Below, one piece after another: positions 26,704 through 36,710 of a DNA stretch of 43,465 nt (the first letter of the stretch is position 1; each line of letters begins with the position of its first letter). The DNA comes from a bacterium (GTDB lineage Bacteria; Zixibacteria; MSB-5A5; GN15; FEB-12). The position numbers and the translations under genes were made by a program. The stretch covers positions 1 to 43,465 of the forward strand of contig JBDRNJ010000008.1 in the NCBI GenBank assembly GCA_043811375.1, read 5' to 3'. The notes beneath the pieces were generated by a model, which did not search any database, was not told the DNA's origin, and saw only the letters and a list, made by a program, of their open reading frames with translations.

Positions 26704-28878
26704 CTACGGACACGGTAACACACAGGTGCTTCCCTGGAACAGATATCCCACGCTGCAGGTAATGTCCCCGACATCGATATTGCCGTCGCCGTTGACGTCC
26801 GCTTCCTCTAAACACGGAGGCGCCGGTCCGCCCTGGAATATGTAGGCGACCAGATAGGTCAAATCACCCACATCCATCGGATCGTTGACGCTGCCGTCTA
26901 CATTACCGCGCAGTCCGCTGCAACAGGCGAAGGTTATCAAGCTGCTGACCGTCACCGGAGCGTACTCGGCAATGACTCCTGTGAACTTCGGCAGGTAGGT
27001 TGAATAACCATCAATCCGCACCGTATCCTGTTTCCCTGCTGAAGCGGATGCCGGCACCACGAAATAAAGTTTCAGAATATCACCTGCCCCCGGTGACAAT
27101 TCCGTGGAAGATGTCTCCAGCTTGATCGTATAGTGTCGGCTGCCCGGATCGAAGTGACTGTAGGATTGCGTTTCGAAGGAGGCTGTTCGGCATCCGGTCG
27201 TTGAGAAGCCGCCGTAATTGTGGGTAGTGGCGAGATCGCCGGACAACTCAATCGGTATTATCAGCTTGGTCAGGGGCAACGTGTTTCTGCCGTGCACGAC
27301 CACCTCGACCGTATCATATTGGCTCCCCTGAGCATCGCTGCAAATCATCGAATCCGCCAGTGCAATCACATAGTCCATGCGTAGAATCGACAGCGTATCC
27401 CCGCCGGTATCAATAACAAGGGAGACGTCAAACATACCCGGCGTGTTATACGTGTGCGTTATTGTCTCCAGCACCGTGGTGTCATAGACACCATCGCCGA
27501 AATCCCACATCCAGTCGGAGACAGTGTGTTCCGATTCGCCGGTAAAGATGACTTCCATCGGTACCCAGCCGAAGGAAGTATCGGCAGTGAACATGATGCC
27601 GCGGTCGGGTTCTATGTAGCGGATCAGGAACTCTTCATCAATGCCGCAGCCATCCCACGGGCAGTGTAAGTCGTCGAGGGTATACCAGGCGTTGTGTCCG
27701 TCATCCCAGCCATAATTGAAATGGTACTGGCTGAAACCGCCCGGCTCATTCCAACCGTCGCAGACGATGGAGTGCGTATATATTCGGTATTGCATCGGCC
27801 GTCCGGCGTCGATCTCATTCTTTATGACGGTGAACCACGACGTCGAATTGTGTGAAGTCCGGTTCTCTCGATCGGTTGTGTTGCGATAACGGAAGTGATC
27901 GGGAAAAACGTTCAGAGCTTCAGCGGTATAAGCGCCGGAGCCGCAGACACCGTAATCCATATTAAACGCCACTCCCACTTCATAACACAACTCCGCCAGC
28001 GCTTCCCGTTCAACCTCACTGCAGGGAGTATGGCAGTTATCGGATATATTAGCCCAGTCGTAAGTATCAAAGAAGTCGGCCGACAGCGACCCGCCGCCGA
28101 CGTTGCCCGTGCAAGAACCATCACCATCCCACCAATAGCTGTGACTGCCATAACCGGCATCGGGCCACCGGTGATAGGCCATAATCTGCGCTGCGGCCGT
28201 CGCTACGCAACCCACGACACAGCGGCTGCCGCCATAACCAATGGGGCAGTAATTGTAATACGGGTAGCCCTGGTGCCATGATGTCGTCAACAACGGTCCG
28301 ACGCCCGTCACTGACCGGAACATTCCCTGCGCCAGGGAGTTTTCAAACACAGCCCGGTCCACCGCGTACTGGTCCCACTGCTGCCGGTGTTCCCGACCCA
28401 ACAGCACCTCTCCCTGAGCCGGCTGGACGGCATCCAGACTACCGTAGTATTCGGCAAACAGGCTGACACGGTCGGTGAGAACCTGCCGCAGAAGCTGCGC
28501 TGCACCGTCTGTCTTATTCACGTCGAGACTTGATTCTTCCGAATACATCTTGATCGGCGGCAGGTCCTTTAGAATCGGCACCACTATGTAGCCACTGGGT
28601 GCTATTGAGAAACAACGACCGAGGATTTGATCGTTGTCAACTATATCCTGCCGGTCGATGATCCGGGGGTTGGTATCACCGGCCCACGAGCCTTTCTGGT
28701 TCACGATATAAGACAGCCAATTCTGGCAGGCCAGTTCCATTTCCTGAAAGGTTGCCTGTTCCGCCAGAGCGGAACCGGCGGTGCCAACACAGATTACCAT
28801 AACCACGATGGCGACGAATCCGGAGTTGGTGGTTCTGTTGCCTGCCGGTCGGGATCTGCCGGTTCTTAATCGCAACAT
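26704..28878 (-). CDS. Peptidase C10 (streptopain-like) with Spi/I69 prodomain, PKD, cohesin-like and dockerin domains
   Basis: LLTTSWHQG, GCVATAAAQIM (catalytic Cys), HSIVCDG (His), YHFNYGW; WDFGDG PKD; duplicated D-x-D/N-x-x-G dockerin motifs. Confidence 0.9.
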   Translation of the reverse strand: MLRLRTGRSRPAGNRTTNSGFVAIVVMVICVGTAGSALAEQATFQEMELACQNWLSYIVNQKGSWAGDTNPRIIDRQDIVDNDQILGRCFSIAPSGYIVVPILKDLPPIKMYSEESSLDVNKTDGAAQLLRQVLTDRVSLFAEYYGSLDAVQPAQGEVLLGREHRQQWDQYAVDRAVFENSLAQGMFRSVTGVGPLLTTSWHQGYPYYNYCPIGYGGSRCVVGCVATAAAQIMAYHRWPDAGYGSHSYWWDGDGSCTGNVGGGSLSADFFDTYDWANISDNCHTPCSEVEREALAELCYEVGVAFNMDYGVCGSGAYTAEALNVFPDHFRYRNTTDRENRTSHNSTSWFTVIKNEIDAGRPMQYRIYTHSIVCDGWNEPGGFSQYHFNYGWDDGHNAWYTLDDLHCPWDGCGIDEEFLIRYIEPDRGIMFTADTSFGWVPMEVIFTGESEHTVSDWMWDFGDGVYDTTVLETITHTYNTPGMFDVSLVIDTGGDTLSILRMDYVIALADSMICSDAQGSQYDTVEVVVHGRNTLPLTKLIIPIELSGDLATTHNYGGFSTTGCRTASFETQSYSHFDPGSRHYTIKLETSSTELSPGAGDILKLYFVVPASASAGKQDTVRIDGYSTYLPKFTGVIAEYAPVTVSSLITFACCSGLRGNVDGSVNDPMDVGDLTYLVAYIFQGGPAPPCLEEADVNGDGNIDVGDITCSVGYLFQGSTCVLPCP

Positions 28879-29195
28879 ACGCTTTCTCTCCTATGGGCTT
28901 GCTTCTTTAGTTCTTGTCGGTTTAGCGGCATCAATAACCGCCTATTATATTCATCGGCGGCCGACGTCTCTCTGCCAACGTTTCGGCCGGCCGGAGTCTG
29001 CTGATTCATCTGCGCACATTTGTCAAGATTGGCGGGGGCCGATCGACTGTACGCATTCTGGTGGCAGTTATGGTAGCAGTCTTGAGCTAGTACCAAAAGC
29101 AACTTTCCTTCCCGTATCGCCAATTACTGCGGCGGTTGCACTCCCGGGTTGGAGGCACAGACAGGAAAGTCACTCACATCTAAAATATACAAAAA

Positions 29196-29222
29196 CTATC
29201 GGATTTAGCAACGAGTTTTTTA
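29196..29222 (-). promoter_or_regulatory. sigma28-type promoter upstream of the first C10 peptidase
   Basis: TAAA-N15-TCCGATAG on the minus strand. Confidence 0.6.
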
Positions 29223-29315
29223 TTGTCTATCTGTCAAACCAGTGAGTGACCTGGAACATAGCTAAGGATACCACAGCAAACGAGCCACTGTTTTCATGCA
29301 GTACCCTCAAAGTTA

Positions 29316-31502
29316 CTAATAGCACGGCTGGATGCAATCACTGCCCTGGAACAGATATCCGATCATGCAGGTCAGGTCGGCAACATCAACCGAACCGCTG
29401 GCATCTGTGTCGGCCTCCTCTGTGCATGGTGGGGCCGGTCCTCCCTGGAATAAGTATGACACCAGGTAGGTGAGATCACCAACATCAGACGCCTCCGTCA
29501 CACTACCGTCAATATTACCGCGCATACCGATACAACAAGACAGCGAGATGATACCGTCTATGGCTACCGGGTTATACTCGGCCACATTGCCCGAGAACAA
29601 CGGCAGATAAGACGAGTATCCGGCCAGCAGCAGGGTGTCCTGTTGACCTGGTACCGCCGATGGGGACACGACCAGATACAGCTTCAATACTGCACCGTCC
29701 CCGGGCGGCAGTTCAGATGATGAAGTTTCCAGCTTGATGGTGTAACTGCCGTTGCCCGGATCAAAATGAATATATGTCTGCGTTTCGAAATCCGTCGTCC
29801 GACAACCGATCGTAGAAAAAGCGCCGTATCCATGGGACGAACCGATAGTGCCTTCAATCTGGAAGGGAATCAACAACTTGGTTAACGGTACGGCGTTGCA
29901 AGCGTAGACCGTCATTTCGACCGTATCGCCGGGATTGGCACCGACATCGCCGGTAATAACGGAATCGGCCAGAGCGATGACATACTGCTGTCGTTGCATT
30001 GACAGAGTGTCACCGCCGGTGTCAACAGCCAGGGAAACGTCAAACAAACCTGATGTTTCATAGGTATGAGTCAGTGTTTCCACAAATACAGTTTCAACAA
30101 GACCGTCGCCAAAGTCCCACTGCCATTGAGACACCGAGAATTCCGACGAGCCGGTATAGAACACATCAAACGGCACCCATCCGAAAGTCGTGTCGGCGCC
30201 AAACATAACGCCGCGGTTGGGTATAATGTCTCGGACCATCGATTCCACCATCGGATCGCAGCCTTCCCAGGGACAGTGCAGGCTGTCCAGAGTGAACCAC
30301 GAGTTTTGACTGCCGTCCCAACCGTAGTTCATATGGTATTGTTTGAGACCGGCCGGATCACGCCAGCCGTCGCAGACGATGGCATGTGAGTGGATGTAAT
30401 ATTCCATGGGCTGGTTGGCGTTGATCTGTTGCTGGATAATGTTGAACCAGGAACTAAGGCTGTGTCCATCGCGGTAGGTCATGTTCATCACGTCCCGGTA
30501 TCGGAAATGTGTTATCCATTCCGACATCGAGGCCCAGGTGCCCGAGCCGCAGACGCCGTAGTTCATATTGAAAGCTACACCGGCTTCATAACTCAATTCG
30601 GCCAGCGCCGCCTCCTGCTCGGGGGTACAGCCCCCCATGCAGTTATTGGGCATGTTGTCCCAGTCATAGTCGTTAGTAAAGTCAGCCGTCAGCCACTGTC
30701 CGGGAGAGCTGCCTTCGCAGGAGTAGTCGCCGTTCCACCAGTAAGTGTGGGTGCCGAAACCAACCTGGGGCCACTGATGATAATTCAAAATCTGAACCGC
30801 CGCCGTAGCCACACAACCGACTACACAGCGGTTGCCGTCTCCCCACGGGCAGTAGTTATTGTACGGTGATCCCTGACCCCAGATGGTTGTCAACAGAGGT
30901 CCAACCTGGTCCATGGGGGCCGATTTGCTCGCGCGCAGGTCAGCAGCAAACTCTTCATCACTGAGCAGAAACCTGTCCCATTGTTCACGGTGTGCTCGAC
31001 CCGGATCAGCTCCGCTCGGAGAAGGCCCGACGGCATCCGGATCACCGTACAAAATCACATAGTTTCGCATTCGGTTGAGCAGGACATCACGCAGAAGCTG
31101 CGCTATCCCCCCGGTTTCATTTACATCCAACCCAAAATCTTCCGAGCAAGCCTTGATCGGCGGAAGTTCCTTCAAAACCGGCACCACCACATAACCGCTG
31201 GGAGTGATTGTAAAGCAGCGGGCCAGGAGGGTATCGTTTACGACGATTTCATGGACATCGGCAACTGACGGAACTGCCTGTCCGGACCAGGAGCCCTTCT
31301 CTGATACGACATACGTCAGCCAGTTGCGGCATACCTGCTGCATCTCATCAACCGTGGCGGTCTCGGCCCGGACCCCGGCGCCGGTTGCCAGCAGGAACCA
31401 GGCCAGGATGACTGCAGCCATACACCGGAGTGGTATATTAAAATAACATCGAATTGCATCACCCCCATTTGTCAACCGGGACTTGTCTTCAACGCGCACC
31501 AC
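29316..31502 (-). CDS. Peptidase C10 paralog (prodomain, C10, PKD, cohesin-like, dockerin); start uncertain (31565/31502/31421)
   Basis: GCVATAAVQIL, HAIVCDG, YHMNYGW, WDFGDG, RGNIDGS..DVGDLTYLVSYLF; colinear with its neighbour. Confidence 0.9.
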   Translation of the reverse strand: MVRVEDKSRLTNGGDAIRCYFNIPLRCMAAVILAWFLLATGAGVRAETATVDEMQQVCRNWLTYVVSEKGSWSGQAVPSVADVHEIVVNDTLLARCFTITPSGYVVVPVLKELPPIKACSEDFGLDVNETGGIAQLLRDVLLNRMRNYVILYGDPDAVGPSPSGADPGRAHREQWDRFLLSDEEFAADLRASKSAPMDQVGPLLTTIWGQGSPYNNYCPWGDGNRCVVGCVATAAVQILNYHQWPQVGFGTHTYWWNGDYSCEGSSPGQWLTADFTNDYDWDNMPNNCMGGCTPEQEAALAELSYEAGVAFNMNYGVCGSGTWASMSEWITHFRYRDVMNMTYRDGHSLSSWFNIIQQQINANQPMEYYIHSHAIVCDGWRDPAGLKQYHMNYGWDGSQNSWFTLDSLHCPWEGCDPMVESMVRDIIPNRGVMFGADTTFGWVPFDVFYTGSSEFSVSQWQWDFGDGLVETVFVETLTHTYETSGLFDVSLAVDTGGDTLSMQRQQYVIALADSVITGDVGANPGDTVEMTVYACNAVPLTKLLIPFQIEGTIGSSHGYGAFSTIGCRTTDFETQTYIHFDPGNGSYTIKLETSSSELPPGDGAVLKLYLVVSPSAVPGQQDTLLLAGYSSYLPLFSGNVAEYNPVAIDGIISLSCCIGMRGNIDGSVTEASDVGDLTYLVSYLFQGGPAPPCTEEADTDASGSVDVADLTCMIGYLFQGSDCIQPCY

Positions 31503-31854
31503 GGCACCACCTTTCAATCTCGGACCGACCGGACAGGACAGAAAAATGTCTTGATGATCGGCCACGAGTTAATTATCGAGCTATTATTATAAGCAACTAC
31601 CATCATCCAAATGCTCGGGAGGTGAGGCGGGTAAGTCACTCTCCACAATTGAATATAACGACCGGTCCGGTTTTGACCAAGCTTTTTTCTCAAAACGGGT
31701 GGCTGCCCTGCCGGCATCCTGTTGAAGAACTCGGGACAAAAGACAAAACAGAAGCTTCCTCCGGCCAGGAACAAAGATGTCATAACCACAAGGGAGGTTG
31801 ACCTATGATGCGATCAGGAAAGGATTCCTGACCGCGCGTAAACAGCTTACCACC

Positions 31855-31881
31855 GGCGGACACAAGGCCCTCCGCTACGCG
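31855..31881. repeat. GTAG-family REP
   Basis: Reverse complement GTAGCGGAGGGCCTTGTGTCCGCC, downstream of eno. Confidence 0.55.
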
Positions 31882-31915
31882 ATTGAAATAGAGGTGGCTT
31901 GCCACTGACTTGTCG

Positions 31916-33226
<1,311 letters not shown>

Positions 33227-33301
33227 TTACATGTTTATCGGGAACTTAGCAGGCCAATTTGTCCGGTCAAGTTTAATGTTTCTATGGGAATCTTTCTATA
33301 G

Positions 33302-33328
33302 GTATCGGCCCTTCCCCAGCAGGTTTTA
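33302..33328 (-). promoter_or_regulatory. sigma28-type promoter upstream of eno
   Basis: TAAA-N15-GCCGATAC; a sigma70-like TTGACC-N16-TAAGTT lies just downstream at about 33243-33270. Confidence 0.6.
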
Positions 33329-33457
33329 GCGAACATTCAGTCCTAAGTCTCTGCCCGACAACAGGCATATTTTGGGCACATTTTTTGTTTGTTACAGTAA
33401 ACAGGACTTGCATACTTGGAATGACATCATGGTCAGCGGATTAAAAAATGCTGACCG

Positions 33458-33485
33458 GGGCCGGCTTCGCCCGGCCCTTTTTTTT
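33458..33485 (+). terminator. Orphan intrinsic terminator (sRNA candidate 3' end)
   Basis: GGGCCGG-CTTCGC-CCGGCCC followed by T8; no + strand gene upstream. Confidence 0.7.
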
Positions 33486-33583
33486 ATTTCTCGTCTATTT
33501 ACACAAACCAGGTCGGACGTCCGCCGCGCACGTAATGCTTGTAACTGGCGTTTCAGAGTTGCGGTGGCATCGCCACTTTTATT

Positions 33584-33611
33584 GGCGGGAGACAAGCCCC
33601 CGCTCTACGCG
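33584..33611. repeat. GTAG-family REP
   Basis: Reverse complement GTAGAGCGGGGGCTTGTCTCCCGCC. Confidence 0.55.
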
Positions 33612-33890
33612 AGCAGGAATGGGCACCTTTTAGGACAACCTCTCCTCGTGCGCCAGTATTAACGCGGTCAGATGCTGGTGCACCGGGAGGTACACCAGCC
33701 ACTATATCAGAACGTTATCTTGAGAAATACTCTAACTGACGCTGATCCGGATTCTTAAGGAAATAGTCAACCATTTCATCGGCAGCGAACATTCCCTGCA
33801 TAGTCACCGGTGCTCTTGAATCACAAATCAGTTGCCGTCATCACACGTTCCGCGATATATTGCTTAGAACAACACGATCAGGAGGAGATT

Positions 33891-34871
33891 ATGCCGCTAT
33901 TATTATCCCGCGATGATGTTATTAAAGTACTGCAGATGGATGACTGTATGGAGGTTGTCGAAAAAGCGTTCGCCGAACTGGCTAATGGCACGGCAGTGCT
34001 GCCGCTGCGAACCGGTATCACACCACCGGACGGTCTGTCGCTTTATATGCCGGCCTATCTGAAGGAACTGGGCGCGCTGGCCTGCAAAGTTGTTACCGTC
34101 TACAAGAACAATCCCACCCGCCACAGCCTGCCGGTTGTGATCGGCAAAGTGCTCCTTCAGGACCCGGCTACGGGCGACGTAATCTGTATTATGGACGGCG
34201 GCTACCTGACTGCCGTCCGCACCGGCGCCGCCAGTGGTGTGGCTACGAAGTACCTGGCACGATCGGACCAGGGACAGGTGGCCGGGATATTCGGCGCCGG
34301 TGTCCAGGCGGAGATGCAGTTGTGGGCAGTGGCAGTCGCCAGACAATTGAGCAAAGCACTGGTGTATGATATTTCCAATGAAGCAACGGCCAGGTTTGCC
34401 AAAGTAATGGCTGACAAACTGAGTCTCGAAATAAGCATCACCGACTCGGCCGATCAGGTCTTAGCCGAGGCCGACATCATTTGCGCCGCTACTTCTTCCC
34501 CCACTCCCATCTTCGACGGCAGCAAAGTCCGCGAGGGATCGCACATCAACGGCATCGGCAGCCACACCCCCTACGCCCGTGAACTGGATACGACGATTAT
34601 CAAAAGATCGCGGCTGGTGGCCGATTCCTACGAAGCCTGTCTCAAAGAGGCGGGTGACATAATAATTCCGATTGAGGAAGGAGCAATCGACAAGTCGCAC
34701 ATGTATGCCGAACTGGGCGAGATCGTAATTGGTAAGAAACCGTCCCGCACGAATGACAAAGATATCACGCTGTTTAAGTCCAACGGCCTGGCGATACAGG
34801 ACGTAGCTACGGCCAAACTGGTGTACGATAAGGCGGTGTCAGCGGGGATCGGGACGGAGGTGGATATTTAG
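33891..34871 (+). CDS. Ornithine cyclodeaminase/mu-crystallin family protein (possibly archaeal-type alanine dehydrogenase)
   Basis: AGGAGG RBS; YMPAY, LTAVRTGAAS, GAGVQA Rossmann motif, FKSNGLAIQD. Confidence 0.9.
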   Translation: MPLLLSRDDVIKVLQMDDCMEVVEKAFAELANGTAVLPLRTGITPPDGLSLYMPAYLKELGALACKVVTVYKNNPTRHSLPVVIGKVLLQDPATGDVICIMDGGYLTAVRTGAASGVATKYLARSDQGQVAGIFGAGVQAEMQLWAVAVARQLSKALVYDISNEATARFAKVMADKLSLEISITDSADQVLAEADIICAATSSPTPIFDGSKVREGSHINGIGSHTPYARELDTTIIKRSRLVADSYEACLKEAGDIIIPIEEGAIDKSHMYAELGEIVIGKKPSRTNDKDITLFKSNGLAIQDVATAKLVYDKAVSAGIGTEVDI

Positions 34872-35095
34872 CAGGTGAGCCCGGACTCGCAGTGTGTTGA
34901 GAAACACAGAATGGAAGACAAAAAGGTTACTGCCCTGCTCTCTCTGTCATTCCGGCGAAAGATCTTGATGATAAATCATCGCGAGGTGCAGTATACCTCC
35001 GGCCGATGCGACATGGCAATCTTGTTGGGTGCACGGCGAATGTCCACTTGCGACACGATTAGGTTCAACTCACCAGCAAGGCCCCCTCAACCCGC

Positions 35096-36184
35096 TTACC
35101 CCTCTCCCCCGTCTTTGACCATCGTGACGACGCGTTGTGGGAACGGAATTTCGATACCATCAGCGCGGAAACGATCCAGTATCTGTTCGCGCAACTGCGA
35201 TGATATCTTGAGGTGATCCTCGGCCCGTGAGACATAGCAACGAAGAGAGACATCCAGCGAACTGTTACCAAAACTGAGAAAGAAGAAGAGCGGCTTTGGT
35301 TGCTTGAGAATGTCCGGATGCCGGTCAGCTTCGTCAAGCATCACCTCACGTACCAGCTTCATGTTGGAATCGTACCCAACGCCGACATCGACTACCACCC
35401 GCACCATCGGCATGGGATAGGTGATGTTGTGAACGGTTGATTTGACCAGTTCGGCATTGGGAACAATCACCAGAGTATTATCGAAAGTAAGGAACTTGGT
35501 TGACCTGATGCCGATCTCGTGCACCACCACCCGGCGATCATCCGGTAGCCGCACCATATCCCCCACCCGGAAGGGGCGGTCGATCATGATGGTGAAGCCG
35601 CCGATCATATTGGCCAGCGTGTCCTGGGCCGCCAACGCCACCGCCAGCGTGCCTACCCCCAATACGGCCACCATCCCCTTGATGTCGACTCCGAAGTGAT
35701 CCAGCACTATCAGAACCGCCAGCGTTACAACCACGATCTTGATGGTGCGATCCAATAGAGGCACGAATTCATCATCGAGTCTGGTCTCGGTCCTGGCCGC
35801 GACAATGTCGCCGTACCACTGCAGCACGGCTGAAACGACCTTCACCATCAGCACGGCCACCACAAATACACCGATACCATAGATAACGGCATCAATTACA
35901 CGCGCAAAGTCGTCGCTGATATAGTCCTGGTACCGCTTCTCAATGAAATTGAAGGCTATCGACAGACCGAGAATATATACTAACAGTGACAGAGGTTTCC
36001 GGATCGCCTTGAGCAAGCGGTCATCCAGGGTGGTAGTAGTGCGGCGGGTCAGCCTCGCAACGGTTGAGAACACGACCGACCGCAATACTGCTGAGACCAG
36101 GGCGGTGGCCACCAGAATGACAGCCAGTCCGATCAGTGTCTGCAGACCGTTCGATACCGGTATTTCCTGTAACAGCAGTTCCAT
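35096..36184 (-). CDS. Small-conductance mechanosensitive channel (MscS family)
   Basis: ALAAQDTLAN, DRPFRVGD, IGIRST, IVPNA, GIEIPFPQR. Confidence 0.93.
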   Translation of the reverse strand: MELLLQEIPVSNGLQTLIGLAVILVATALVSAVLRSVVFSTVARLTRRTTTTLDDRLLKAIRKPLSLLVYILGLSIAFNFIEKRYQDYISDDFARVIDAVIYGIGVFVVAVLMVKVVSAVLQWYGDIVAARTETRLDDEFVPLLDRTIKIVVVTLAVLIVLDHFGVDIKGMVAVLGVGTLAVALAAQDTLANMIGGFTIMIDRPFRVGDMVRLPDDRRVVVHEIGIRSTKFLTFDNTLVIVPNAELVKSTVHNITYPMPMVRVVVDVGVGYDSNMKLVREVMLDEADRHPDILKQPKPLFFFLSFGNSSLDVSLRCYVSRAEDHLKISSQLREQILDRFRADGIEIPFPQRVVTMVKDGGEG

Positions 36185-36381
36185 TGATTCACTAAAATGC
36201 CCATCAGCAGCAGCCCGGCAACAAAAAACATCATCCCAAACCTTTCCCCCTGACGGAACCCGGCCGTCAAAAGACTGAGTTTAACCGTTGCGCTGGTTTA
36301 ACCGATTCTGCATATTTACTGAAGTTGAGATGGGCCCCAGGGCCAGGGTTGAAAGCTAACATACTGAGAGGAGGTTCCCAA

Positions 36382-36600
36382 GTGAAGAGGATTTTTGTTC
36401 TGTTGGTGATTGGTGCCATGGTTTTGGCTCTGGTGTACGGAAGTACTTCTTGTACTTCTGACGATACACCCAAGAAGGGTGATTCCATCGGTATCGATCC
36501 ACTTGATGAAAAAACGACGGACAAGCAGTCTGACGGCACACCCAAGGAGGGTGATTCCATCGGTATCGATCCGCTTGATGAAAAAACGACTGACAAGTAG
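36382..36600 (+). CDS. Small secreted lipopeptide with 24-aa tandem repeats (72 aa)
   Basis: GAGGAGG RBS, GTG start, MKRIFVLLVIGAMVLALVYGSTSC signal peptide with lipobox-like Cys; repeated DSIGIDPLDE core. Confidence 0.7.
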   Translation: MKRIFVLLVIGAMVLALVYGSTSCTSDDTPKKGDSIGIDPLDEKTTDKQSDGTPKEGDSIGIDPLDEKTTDK

Positions 36601-36654
36601 TCCGACGGTACACACAAGGAGGATGATTCCATTGGTATCGATCCGCTTGATGAA
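36457..36654 (+). repeat. 72-bp tandem repeat, 2.75 copies
   Basis: Units start at 36457, 36529 and 36601; core GATTCCATYGGTATCGATCCRCTTGATGAA. Confidence 0.92.
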
Positions 36655-36710
36655 TAGGAAGCGGACTCAGCATAGAGCCGGAATGGGTTAGCGGGCTGAG
36701 AGAACTTCAT

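Noticed and set aside
36598..36600. Genome-wide TAG-to-Gln recoding
   Set aside because: TAG is the normal stop for several conserved genes here (e.g. 7586, 23899, 34871).
36457..36654. Repeats as a CRISPR array
   Set aside because: The 'spacers' are near-identical, the period is 72 bp (in frame), the repeats are protein-coding, and no cas genes are present.
36267..36710. Ser-rich 147-aa minus-strand ORF starting right after the kinase stop
   Set aside because: No evident RBS, whereas the + strand ORF has a strong RBS and signal peptide. Both frames share third codon positions, so it is not fully excluded.
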